The notes: generated by a model not told the origin, from the sequence alone. Shown: positions 14,759 through 24,016, counted from the stretch's first letter. The stretch: DNA of 24,340 bases from Parcubacteria group bacterium CG11_big_fil_rev_8_21_14_0_20_41_14 (GCA_002787075.1 PCVT01000179.1:1-24340), one strand, 5' to 3'. Numbers and translations: made by a program.

Positions 14759-16534
14759 ATGCTTTCAGACAATAAAATAAAACAAGCAATTGAACAAAAT
14801 AATCTGTTAGATGCTGAACGCATAAAACAGTTTGAAACAAAAGCTGCGGAAAAAAATCAGCCATTGGATGAATTTTTGATTGGGAACAATATCATCACAG
14901 AAGAAATTCTTTACAGCAGCGTTGCAATGATGGACAATGTGCCATTCATAAATTTAAAGGACAAAACAATCCCAAAAGATGTCCTTTTTTTAATTCCAGA
15001 GCCAATCTCAAGCGCGTATCATATTATAGCGTTTGAAAAAACAAGCGAATGCGTCTCAGTTGCCATGGTAGATTCAGAAGACATACAAACCATTGAATTT
15101 ATAAAAAGAAAAGTAAGCTTGCCTATAAAAGTATATGTAGCAACTCCAACTGGCATTTCTGAAGCAGGAAAAGCATATCATCAAAGCTTGGAAAAAGAGC
15201 TTGAGTCAATCAATAAAAAAACAGGTATAAATGTAGAATCCCAAATTGCTAATAAAAAACTAGGGCAAAATGGAGAAAAATCAAGCATAGATCTAGAGGA
15301 AGCAGCCAAAGACATGCCAGTTATCCGAGTAGTGGACACGCTTTTGGAATACGCGATTTTTGAAAGCGCGTCTGACATACATATTGAGCCAAATGAAAAA
15401 TCAGTAAGCGTGAGATTCAGGACAGATGGAATTTTAAGAGAAGTAATGACTCTGCCCAAAAAACTGCAAGACGGCATTTTAGCGCGCGTAAAAATACTTG
15501 CTAATCTAAAATTAGACGAACACCGGCTTCCTCAAGACGGAAGATTTAAAATTGAAACAAAGGACTACAGAATATCGTTCCGTGTATCAATTATACCAGT
15601 ATTTGATGGTGAAAAATTGGTTATGCGCTTGCTGGATGAAGGCAAAAAAATACTTAATCTTGAAGAGCTTGGATTAAATAAAGCGGCTCTTGAAATCCTT
15701 AAAATAAATTTATCAAAGCCAAATGGCATGATTTTAGTAACTGGACCAACTGGAAGCGGAAAAACAACAACTTTGTACACAATGATGAATATACTTAATA
15801 CGCCAAAAGTGAATATTTCAACTATTGAAGACCCAATTGAATACCGAATGCCTAGAGTGAACCAATCCCAAGCAAATTCAAAAATCGACTTCACCTTCGC
15901 CAAGGGCTTGCGCGCTCTTCTCAGGCAAGACCCTGATATTATTATGGTTGGAGAAATTAGAGACAAAGAAACCGCGTCTATTGCCATAAACTCGGCAATG
16001 ACTGGGCATTTAGTTTTATCCACTTTGCACACGAATGACGCCGCAACCACTCTTCCTCGGCTTTTGGATATGGGAATTGAGCCGTTTCTTGTTTCTTCAA
16101 CCGTTAATATAATTATAGCGCAAAGGCTTGTGCGCAAAATCTGCAAACACTGCATGGCCAGCTACAGAATGAATGATCAAGAAGCAGCTCAATTGGAAAA
16201 AGAGCATGGAATTAACATTAAAGAACTTAGCGCGTCGCTTTCGCGTGCTGAAAAAGGAGCACAAGATGAAAAAGGCATTTCAGGCACGCTATTCTTCAAA
16301 GGAAAAGGATGCACAAAATGCGCGAGCCAAGGATACAAAGGAAGAATCGGTATTTATGAAATAATCAACATGACAGACGAAATAAAGCATTTAGTGGCGC
16401 AAAGAGGAACTGCTGGAGATATTTTCACTAAAGCGCGAGAGCAAGGCATGATGACAATGATGGAAGATGGATTTTTAAAAGCAAAAGCAGGAGTCACCAC
16501 TATTGAAGAAATATTGCGCGTGACCAAAGAATAA
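14759..16534 (+). CDS. pilB: Type IV pilus / T2SS assembly ATPase (GspE/PilB family)
   Basis: ASDIHIEP, RLPQDGR, Walker A GPTGSGKTTT, TIEDPIEY, LRQDPDIIMVGEIRD, GHLVLSTLHTNDA, Zn CKHC...CTKC. Start set to ATG 14759, downstream of the promoter. Confidence 0.95.
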   Translation: MLSDNKIKQAIEQNNLLDAERIKQFETKAAEKNQPLDEFLIGNNIITEEILYSSVAMMDNVPFINLKDKTIPKDVLFLIPEPISSAYHIIAFEKTSECVSVAMVDSEDIQTIEFIKRKVSLPIKVYVATPTGISEAGKAYHQSLEKELESINKKTGINVESQIANKKLGQNGEKSSIDLEEAAKDMPVIRVVDTLLEYAIFESASDIHIEPNEKSVSVRFRTDGILREVMTLPKKLQDGILARVKILANLKLDEHRLPQDGRFKIETKDYRISFRVSIIPVFDGEKLVMRLLDEGKKILNLEELGLNKAALEILKINLSKPNGMILVTGPTGSGKTTTLYTMMNILNTPKVNISTIEDPIEYRMPRVNQSQANSKIDFTFAKGLRALLRQDPDIIMVGEIRDKETASIAINSAMTGHLVLSTLHTNDAATTLPRLLDMGIEPFLVSSTVNIIIAQRLVRKICKHCMASYRMNDQEAAQLEKEHGINIKELSASLSRAEKGAQDEKGISGTLFFKGKGCTKCASQGYKGRIGIYEIINMTDEIKHLVAQRGTAGDIFTKAREQGMMTMMEDGFLKAKAGVTTIEEILRVTKE

Positions 16535-16536
16535 AT

Positions 16537-17700
16537 ATGGATGAAAAAACAACAAATAATTCTAGCGAGGATAATCCATATACATCGTTTGAAGAACTGG
16601 AAAGGAAAATTTTGTATCCAAAAAGCATAAATCAAAAATTCGATTTATGGATAGATCCAGTGCGCCCCATACCAGACGAAGAAAAAATCTTTTTTATACA
16701 AAACTTAAGCATTATGCTTAAAAGCGGATTATCTGCTTCCCGCTCTTTCCGAGCGCTAACGCTTCAGGCCGCGAATCCAAAATTCAAAAGAGTTCTCGCG
16801 AAAGTCACTAGAAGCGTTGAAAAAGGCCTTCCAATCGCGCAATCAATGTCAGAACATCCAAAAGTTTTCTCTCATATTTTTATAAGCATGATACAAGCAG
16901 GAGAGCAATCAGGAAAGCTAGAAAAAGTATTAACAGAGCTTTCCACTCAAATGAAAAGAAGCCATGATTTGAAAAGCAAAGTAAAAGGCGCGCTAATGTA
17001 CCCTATGGCAATATTAATATCAATGGTCGCCATAGGATCTGGAATGATTATATTCGTTATACCAAAATTAACAGCTGTTTTCTCTGAAATGAACGCCGAG
17101 CTTCCTGTTCCAACGAAAATCCTTATTGCTGTAAGCAATGGAGCGAATAAATACGCGCTTATTATTGTTCCAATTATAATTATTTCCATAGGACTTTTAG
17201 TATATGTCACTCGCAAAGGAAAGGGCCAAAAAATATGGCATAAAATAATACTTTTAATGCCTGTTGTTGGCTCAATAGCAATAAAAATAAACTTAGCAAA
17301 AATAGCCAGAACTTTAAGCTCTCTTTTGGCAACTGACATGCCAATCGTGATCTCTCTTAAGCTCACTGCCAATACAATAAAAAACGCCCTATACCGCGAA
17401 TCTCTTATGATTATGTCTATAAATGTTGAGCAAGGAAAAACAATGGCAAGCCAAATGCCTCAATTTAAAAAACTTTATCCTCCGGTCGCGCACCAAATGG
17501 TTCAAGTTGGGGAAGAAACCGGAGAAATTTCAAATATTCTTGCGCAATTAGCTGAGTTTTACGAAGAAGATGTAAGCAATACAATGAATTCGCTTCCTTC
17601 GCTTATTGAGCCGATTTTAATAGTGACTCTTGGAGCAGCTGTGGGAGCAATGGCAATCGCGGTTATTATGCCTATGTTCTCTTTGGCAAATGCTGTATAG
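16537..17700 (+). CDS. pilC: Type IV pilus platform protein (GspF/PilC family)
   Basis: LSIMLKSGL, GEQSGKL, KVKGALMYP, GEETGE, LIEP...IMPMF. Confidence 0.93.
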   Translation: MDEKTTNNSSEDNPYTSFEELERKILYPKSINQKFDLWIDPVRPIPDEEKIFFIQNLSIMLKSGLSASRSFRALTLQAANPKFKRVLAKVTRSVEKGLPIAQSMSEHPKVFSHIFISMIQAGEQSGKLEKVLTELSTQMKRSHDLKSKVKGALMYPMAILISMVAIGSGMIIFVIPKLTAVFSEMNAELPVPTKILIAVSNGANKYALIIVPIIIISIGLLVYVTRKGKGQKIWHKIILLMPVVGSIAIKINLAKIARTLSSLLATDMPIVISLKLTANTIKNALYRESLMIMSINVEQGKTMASQMPQFKKLYPPVAHQMVQVGEETGEISNILAQLAEFYEEDVSNTMNSLPSLIEPILIVTLGAAVGAMAIAVIMPMFSLANAV

Positions 17701-17702
17701 AA

Positions 17703-18155
17703 ATGAAAAAAAATAAAAATAAATCAAAAGCAATTACATTGATTGAAATTATGGTTGTTATAGCCATACTTGGAATTATCGCGTCAATTACAGCTGGATT
17801 TATAAAATATTATCAGCCAAACATCCAGCTAACAACTGAAATAAGAAAAATACGCTCAGACATAAACGAAGCAAGAGAGAGAACCATATCAGAACAAATA
17901 GAATATATTATAGTGTTTAACAAAGAAAACAATCAATATTCCATGTTTCGCTCTGACAACGCTGAAAATCCGATTTTTTCGCATATTCTTAACTCAGAAA
18001 TTTCATTCTTGGAAATAAACGGATTTACCCAAGACACTGTTGGATTTAATAAATCCGGAGCCACGATTGAGAGCGGATATATTATCTTACAAAATTCGCG
18101 TGAGCAGCAAAAAACAATAACCATAAACCCTTCAGGATATGTTTACACCCAATAA
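17703..18155 (+). CDS. Type IV pilin-like protein (FimT/GspH-like minor pilin)
   Basis: Basic leader then A|ITLIEIMVVIAILGII; C-terminal F...G...SGYI.L...I.INPSGYV resembles GspH/FimT. Confidence 0.8.
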   Translation: MKKNKNKSKAITLIEIMVVIAILGIIASITAGFIKYYQPNIQLTTEIRKIRSDINEARERTISEQIEYIIVFNKENNQYSMFRSDNAENPIFSHILNSEISFLEINGFTQDTVGFNKSGATIESGYIILQNSREQQKTITINPSGYVYTQ

Positions 18156-18576
18156 GCTCATCTCTAATAAAGACGGCATTACATTAATTGAAATACTTAT
18201 AACTATTTCCGTTCTTTCAATCGGCATTCTTGGTCTTTTACAAGCATTCCCTTATGCCATGAAAGCGCAAAGAACCATAGAATTGCAAACAATTGGAAAC
18301 CATTTAGCCCAAGAAAAATTTGAAGAACTCTTTTCTTTAAGCTATGACCAAATATCTGTTGGAGTGATTGAGGATAACCAAAGAGCAAGCTCTGATCAAT
18401 CAAATCCATTATATCATTTTACTAGAACCACGATTATTGAGCTTGTTGATGAAAATATGCTCCAGAGCCAGAGCGATATTGGATTTAAAAAAATAACTAC
18501 AACTGTTTACTGGCCAAAACCGCTTGATAACGAGAACAATAATATCTCGCTTATCACTCTGATAAGCAAATTATAA
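18139..18576 (+). CDS. Type IV pilin-like protein (PilV-like minor pilin)
   Basis: G|ITLIEILITISVLSIGILGL, A...A.EKFEEL. Confidence 0.8.
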   Translation: MFTPNKLISNKDGITLIEILITISVLSIGILGLLQAFPYAMKAQRTIELQTIGNHLAQEKFEELFSLSYDQISVGVIEDNQRASSDQSNPLYHFTRTTIIELVDENMLQSQSDIGFKKITTTVYWPKPLDNENNNISLITLISKL

Positions 18577-18577
18577 T

Positions 18578-19150
18578 ATGAAAAAAGAAAAATCAGATTA
18601 TAAAGGATTCACGCTTTTTGAAGCATTAATAGCAATTACTGTTGGCGTAACTTTGCTTGGACTTTTGTTGTCAATATACGTGTTATCCATAAAATCAATG
18701 GTTTCAGGCCAAGACAGGTCTGAAATCACTCAGGACTCGCGCATTATAATAGAGCGCCTTACAAGGGACATAAGGCAGGCGCGTGCTATAGCAACTATTC
18801 TTCCGATTCATACCAGCGATCCAGAAAATCCAGCTCCAAGCGAAATTGAAATCCAAGACGGACATATTGACGCGCTCCAATACATAAAATATTATGTTTC
18901 AGGAGATGAGCTTAGACGCGAAATAGCTGAATATTATTTCCCGTCAGATTCAGAAATTTTAGTTCCTATTGACGCTGAAGATGATTTTGGTAATCCAGCC
19001 CAAAAAAATATAATATCTGACAACGCGGCGGCGAGCCACATAGAGTCAATTATATATTATGGAAACAACCCCATATACATAGATTTAACCCTAAAAAAAG
19101 CGCAAACAATTCATTCAACAAGAACCACTGTTTATGGAAGAAATTTATAA
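18578..19150 (+). CDS. Type IV pilin-like protein (PilW-like minor pilin)
   Basis: G|FTLFEALIAI, R.IIERLTRDIRQA. Confidence 0.8.
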   Translation: MKKEKSDYKGFTLFEALIAITVGVTLLGLLLSIYVLSIKSMVSGQDRSEITQDSRIIIERLTRDIRQARAIATILPIHTSDPENPAPSEIEIQDGHIDALQYIKYYVSGDELRREIAEYYFPSDSEILVPIDAEDDFGNPAQKNIISDNAAASHIESIIYYGNNPIYIDLTLKKAQTIHSTRTTVYGRNL

Positions 19151-20354
19151 CAATCAATCAAAAAAAGGTTTTTTACTTATCGCGTCTCTTTTTGTATTGT
19201 CCACAATGATAATTATAGTGAGCTTTTATTTATCCGCGGTTTTACAGGAAATAAGAATATCAAATATTGTTGATGCATCGCCTCAAGCGTATTACTTGGC
19301 TGAAGCAGGAATTCAAGAAGCATTTTGGAAGCTTCAGAACGATTCAGCTTATAAAAGCAGTTTTGAGAACTCTAGCGATTGGAGCGCGACTTTTACTCGA
19401 AATGATTCTATTGTTCCCAATGGATCATACACAGTAACTATTCAAAATATGGCTCAAGCGCACGCGCTTATCACAGCAACAAGCACAATAAGCGTGCGTG
19501 ACGCGCAATCCCAAAGAGTGCTTAAAGCAGACGCGTTCAAGGCGCTTAATGAAAGCCCAGTAGACGATGTTGCTCTTTTTTCAAACGGAAATATAAGTAG
19601 CATTGGAAGCAAAATTCAAGTTATAGGAGGAGGATTGTTTACTAATAATAATCTTGACTTAAAATTCTTCAGCGATTGGGAAGTGGAGCAAGACGCGAGC
19701 GCTGTGGAAAACATTCAAGTGGGAGTGTCTTCTTCTTTAAACGCTTTATCAGAGCATGATAAAAACTCTCCGCCAATTCCAAGCGAAATACAAACCCCGC
19801 AAATTGATTTTGACTCAGATGACATGACTTCGCTTAAGTCGCGCGCTGACTCGATTTACACAAAGCAAGAATTCATGAATCTGCTTGAAGATTTTCCAGT
19901 TATAGAGCTTGATGGAATTATTTATGTTACCGGGGATGTAAGCATAAAAAAAGGCCATTCCCTTACTGTGAACGGAACATTGGTTGCCGATGGATCTATT
20001 AGCGTTGCTAATGGCTTCAGCAACGAAGAATCCCCTGCTAACTTGTATGTTTACAAGCAAGAAGGTATTGCCTCCGGAGTTATAAGCAAAAAAAACATTA
20101 CTTTTGGCGGATTTAATGCTAATATATACATAGAAGGGCTTGTGTATTCTGGCGGATCTTTGCGAATTCAAGACGGCATATTCCAAAACGTAAGCGTTGC
20201 AATAGAAGGAGGCCTTATTGCTCAAGACATTAACGCCTTAGTGTCATGGAATCCTATTACAATAACTTTAAACCAAGCAAATATTAATGAAGCACTCGGA
20301 ACTGCCCTATTTTCCCAAGTATTATTCATAAACCATTGGGAAGAAGAATATTAA
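19134..20354 (+). CDS. PilX-like large minor pilin / tip adhesin (406 aa)
   Basis: G|FLLIASLFVL without Glu5, AYYLAEAGIQEA, long C-terminal beta-rich region, ends WEEEY. Confidence 0.75.
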   Translation: MEEIYNNQSKKGFLLIASLFVLSTMIIIVSFYLSAVLQEIRISNIVDASPQAYYLAEAGIQEAFWKLQNDSAYKSSFENSSDWSATFTRNDSIVPNGSYTVTIQNMAQAHALITATSTISVRDAQSQRVLKADAFKALNESPVDDVALFSNGNISSIGSKIQVIGGGLFTNNNLDLKFFSDWEVEQDASAVENIQVGVSSSLNALSEHDKNSPPIPSEIQTPQIDFDSDDMTSLKSRADSIYTKQEFMNLLEDFPVIELDGIIYVTGDVSIKKGHSLTVNGTLVADGSISVANGFSNEESPANLYVYKQEGIASGVISKKNITFGGFNANIYIEGLVYSGGSLRIQDGIFQNVSVAIEGGLIAQDINALVSWNPITITLNQANINEALGTALFSQVLFINHWEEEY

Positions 20355-20384
20355 GCATTATTTGATTTTTTGAAATATTTTGTT

Positions 20385-21533
20385 ATGCCTTTTTTAAGCA
20401 ACACATTTGATTCCATTGGAATCGACATAGGAGACAGGTCTATAAAAGCCGCGTACATAAAAAAACACGGAAAAGATTTCGAGCTTTTAAGCTTTGGCTC
20501 AATAGAAATTAATCCAGGCATTTTTGACAAAGGTAATATACTTAAGCCAGATCAAGCGAGCAGCGCAATCAGGCAGCTTGTATCTTCCATGGGCCCTAAA
20601 AAAATAAAAACAAAATACGCGCATGTGTGCTTACCTGAAACACAGACATTCATAAAATTGCTCAACATAGAAGCTGAAAACGAAGAAGAAGCAAAAGCAA
20701 AAGCAAGGGAAGAGCTTCCTAATCATGTGCCAATTGACATACAAAAATCATATGTTGATTCCAGAATTGTGGAAAAAATAGAAGCAAGCGAAGAGAAAAT
20801 GCTCTGCAAAATTCTCTCTGGCGCGTGTCCGCAAAAAATATCAAACGATTATGCTGATCTTATTTCTATATCCGGGTTAATTCCAGTATCATTGCAAATA
20901 GAAGCAGAAGCTATTGTGAACGCTCTTATGCCAAAAGAGCTCCAGCAAAACAGTGTTCCAACCGCGATTATCGACATAGGAGCTGGCAGATCAAGTTTTA
21001 TTTTATTTGACAACAACGCGATACAATTCAGCGTAAGCATGCCTTTATCAAGCAATGAAATAACTGTTGATATAGCGCGGACAATGCAATTCACTTATGA
21101 ACAAGCTGAAAAATCAAAACGAATATGCGGATTTGACCCAAGCAGATGCGAAAAGCAAATTATAGACATACTTTTCAAGTCAGTCGCGACTTTGGCTGAA
21201 AACATAATAAAAAATAATAATTTTTATCTTGAGCATTTCAGTGGAGCAAAGCCAATTGTCGCGATTATTCTTTGCGGCGGAGGCGCGTATCTTCCTGGGC
21301 TTCCAAGAGAGCTTGGAGCGCGATTGAAAAATATGAGCGTTAAATTGGGAAACCCGCTCATAAATATCGCGAAAAAAAGAAAAAAAATAATAAAAAAATT
21401 AAAAACAGAGCCAAATTCTTTTGATTCTAATAATGAAAATCTTGACTCCTACAACATTCCAAAAGAATTCAGCCAAAAGCACGAAATGTCCTATGCTACG
21501 GCAATCGGGCTCGCGCTCTCTAATGTATTATGA
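20385..21533 (+). CDS. pilM: Type IV pilus assembly protein PilM (actin-like)
   Basis: IGIDIG, IIDIGAG, AEKSK, LCGGGA..PGL, YATAIGLAL. ATG 20385 preferred over TTG 20370. Confidence 0.9.
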   Translation: MPFLSNTFDSIGIDIGDRSIKAAYIKKHGKDFELLSFGSIEINPGIFDKGNILKPDQASSAIRQLVSSMGPKKIKTKYAHVCLPETQTFIKLLNIEAENEEEAKAKAREELPNHVPIDIQKSYVDSRIVEKIEASEEKMLCKILSGACPQKISNDYADLISISGLIPVSLQIEAEAIVNALMPKELQQNSVPTAIIDIGAGRSSFILFDNNAIQFSVSMPLSSNEITVDIARTMQFTYEQAEKSKRICGFDPSRCEKQIIDILFKSVATLAENIIKNNNFYLEHFSGAKPIVAIILCGGGAYLPGLPRELGARLKNMSVKLGNPLINIAKKRKKIIKKLKTEPNSFDSNNENLDSYNIPKEFSQKHEMSYATAIGLALSNVL

Positions 21534-22069
21534 ACGCACTTAACCTAATACCTCTTGCCTTTAAAAAAAATCTTGATAGAGAAAGAATGTTTTTGCTATT
21601 GCACGGAATAATAGGCCTTATTGTGGTAATTATCGCGTTCAACACCATAATGCTTACAACTGCTCGGTTCGTGCTTATTTCGCATTATAATAAGCTGAAA
21701 AACAATACTTACTTGGTTAACTCCGGGCTTATTAACATACAAAATGATGTTGTTAATATTAATAAAAAAATAAGCGACGCTGAAAAAATACAATCTGACT
21801 TTACTAAATTAAGCCACTTGATCTCAGACGCGCAAAATTTAATTCCTAATGGAATAATAGTTGATTTCATGTATATAGACATGAAAGAAAGCGCTCTAAG
21901 ATTCAGCGGGGTCTCAAACAGCAGAGAAACGCTTCTGCAATTCAAAAATAATCTGGAAACAGCGTCTTTTATAAAAAAGCTTGATTCCCCTCTTTCTAAT
22001 TTCTTGGATAAAGAAGATATTAATTTTAGATTTTTGGCTGACTTGCAGAAGAATATATACAATAAATAA
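21530..22069 (+). CDS. pilN: PilN-like alignment protein
   Basis: MNALNLIP, one TM helix, coiled-coil, F.G.S.SRETLL.F..NL; ATGA overlap with pilM. Confidence 0.8.
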   Translation: MNALNLIPLAFKKNLDRERMFLLLHGIIGLIVVIIAFNTIMLTTARFVLISHYNKLKNNTYLVNSGLINIQNDVVNINKKISDAEKIQSDFTKLSHLISDAQNLIPNGIIVDFMYIDMKESALRFSGVSNSRETLLQFKNNLETASFIKKLDSPLSNFLDKEDINFRFLADLQKNIYNK

Positions 22070-22071
22070 TT

Positions 22072-22626
22072 ATGTTCAATTTTCTTAAAAACAGGTACAC
22101 TATTTCATCTATCGCGTTCGGGCTTATTCTTGTGGCGCTTATTGTTCTGCTTGTAATTCCGGCTGTAAAAGAAATATCAGTAATCAACGCGCAAGTATAT
22201 GAAGAGCGAGCTCGGCTTGAAATGCTTTATACCAAAGGCCAAGTTAAAAAGGAAGTACACAAAAAATATTCAAGCATTGAAGCCAATGCTGGATTTTTAG
22301 ATGATATTTTTGAGCAAGAAAGCCATGAACTTGAATATATATCAAAAATAGAGCAAATCGCTGAAGCGAATAATATATCTATTGCAATGGCAACTGGCGC
22401 GCGAAAAAGAACTCCTCAGCAAAGATTTTCAGAGCTTGAGTTCACTTTTACTCTTACTGGGGATTGGGAAAATATTCTTTCTTGGATAGAAAAGGTTGAA
22501 AATATGCCAGTATACACTAATATGCGCGAAATAACTGTTTCAACGCACGCGGATAAAAATAATGAAAATATTCGGCAAGCAACAGCTGTTATTTCAGCGG
22601 CCACATATTGGAATCTGCCGAATTAA
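22072..22626 (+). CDS. pilO: PilO-like alignment protein
   Basis: One TM helix, coiled-coil, F.LTGDWENIL..IEKVENMP; follows pilN. Confidence 0.78.
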   Translation: MFNFLKNRYTISSIAFGLILVALIVLLVIPAVKEISVINAQVYEERARLEMLYTKGQVKKEVHKKYSSIEANAGFLDDIFEQESHELEYISKIEQIAEANNISIAMATGARKRTPQQRFSELEFTFTLTGDWENILSWIEKVENMPVYTNMREITVSTHADKNNENIRQATAVISAATYWNLPN

Positions 22627-22638
22627 TAATATAAAAAT

Positions 22639-22974
22639 ATGCGTTTTAATCTAATAAATAAATTTCAAATGAATAATCGGCCTCTTCTTTTGGCAAGGAC
22701 TGGCATTCTTGTTTTTGTGCTTATAAGCGCGATGTTTCTTTTATTATTTTTATATAAGTCATTTTACCAGACAATTGTGTACGCGAATGAGGTTATTATT
22801 CTTAAGCAAGAGGTTGCTTTGGAGGATATTGATTTGAATGAATTTAATCGCATTTTTGAAACTCATGAATATAAGATTACTCCGATTTTAGGAAAAAATA
22901 TCCCTGATCCGTTTTATACTGAAAATTATATAGCCCCAAAAGAAGATGAAACAGCAGAAATTCCAACTCAATAA
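22639..22974 (+). CDS. Hypothetical single-TM protein following pilO (possible PilP counterpart)
   Basis: One TM helix then a soluble region ending ...NIPDPF. The start may be 22639 or a downstream Met. Confidence 0.6.
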   Translation: MRFNLINKFQMNNRPLLLARTGILVFVLISAMFLLLFLYKSFYQTIVYANEVIILKQEVALEDIDLNEFNRIFETHEYKITPILGKNIPDPFYTENYIAPKEDETAEIPTQ

Positions 22975-23878
22975 ATTCGCTTGGCATAATTTGTCAGATA
23001 ATAGCGACGAAGAAATCCGGTATTTGCGGGATAATTTTGAGTTTGAATTAGGCCATCTTACTGACTGCGCTAATCCGCCTCTTCGGCCTAAAATTGATTT
23101 GGCTGAAAAGTATATTTTTATCGTGCTTTTGTTTCCTGTGTATAATAAAAAGTCCGGAATCGCGTCTATTTCTGAAATTGATATTTTCGCGAATAAAGAC
23201 ATGGTTGTGACTGTGCATAAGGATGAAGTAAATGTTATGCGCGATTTAGCGCAAAAAATGGAAAATGAGCCAAGGTTCAAGGAAAAATATCAAAGCAAGG
23301 ATTGTATTCATTTTCTGCTTGATTTGCTGGAAGAATTGGATGTGAGTTTGTATCCTATGTTGAACCATATTTCCTGGGATATTGATTCTATTGATAATCA
23401 GCTGTTTACCGGAAGGGAGCGTGAGTTGATTAATAAGATTCTTAATATTAAGCGTAATATTGTTGCTATTAGAAAAACCATGCGCTCGCAAAAGAATGTT
23501 TTAGAAGAGCTTGAAGAATACGCGAAAGATTATTTTGGCTCGCGCTCTATTGGCAAAAGTGAGCAAATGCAGTTTTTGCGGATTATTAATTTGAGTTCTG
23601 ATCTTTGGGTGCATTTGGAAAACCATATGGCTACTATTGACGCGATTCAGGAGACGAATGAATCTTTGATTGGATTTCGGCTGAATGATATTATGAAGAC
23701 CTTGACGATTTTTTCCGTGATTGTGTTCCCTCTTACTTTGCTTGCCGCGATTTTTGGAATGAATACGATTGAAGGCATGCCTTTCATGGGCAATTTTGGA
23801 TTTTGGAAAGTTATGGGGGTTATGCTTATTGGGGTGGTGTTTATGTTCTATTTTTTTAAGAGTAGGAAGTGGGTATAG
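22946..23878 (+). CDS. corA: CorA-family Mg2+/Co2+ transporter
   Basis: LTIFSVIVFPLTLLAAIFGMN (GMN signature), two C-terminal TM helices, large soluble N-terminal domain. Confidence 0.93.
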   Translation: MKQQKFQLNKFAWHNLSDNSDEEIRYLRDNFEFELGHLTDCANPPLRPKIDLAEKYIFIVLLFPVYNKKSGIASISEIDIFANKDMVVTVHKDEVNVMRDLAQKMENEPRFKEKYQSKDCIHFLLDLLEELDVSLYPMLNHISWDIDSIDNQLFTGRERELINKILNIKRNIVAIRKTMRSQKNVLEELEEYAKDYFGSRSIGKSEQMQFLRIINLSSDLWVHLENHMATIDAIQETNESLIGFRLNDIMKTLTIFSVIVFPLTLLAAIFGMNTIEGMPFMGNFGFWKVMGVMLIGVVFMFYFFKSRKWV

Positions 23879-23884
23879 CGGAGT

Positions 23885-23969
23885 GGTCGCTCCCAGCGGC
23901 CGCTTCGCTGAATATAGCGACTCGGTCGCTCCCAGCGGCAGGTTCGCTCCCACAGCGGACTTGTCGCTT
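23885..23969. repeat. Short degenerate tandem GC-rich repeats after corA
   Basis: GGTCGCTCCCAGCGGC at 23885-23900 and 23924-23939, a degenerate third copy at 23941-23960, and hairpin AGCGAC-TCG-GTCGCT; the 3' part is shared with the murD insertion. Confidence 0.75.
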
Positions 23970-24016
23970 GCTCGGATAGTTAAAATCCCGCGTCTTACAG
24001 GTCAAATCCCCAAAAT

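Noticed and set aside
15181-23953. Minus-strand ORFs opposite the pil genes and corA, and plus-strand 23769-24020
   Set aside because: Antisense or alternate-frame shadows; 23769-24020 merely reads through the post-corA repeats.
23885-23960. Mini CRISPR array
   Set aside because: Only two exact 16-nt units with irregular spacing, below CRISPR repeat length, and no cas genes in the window.
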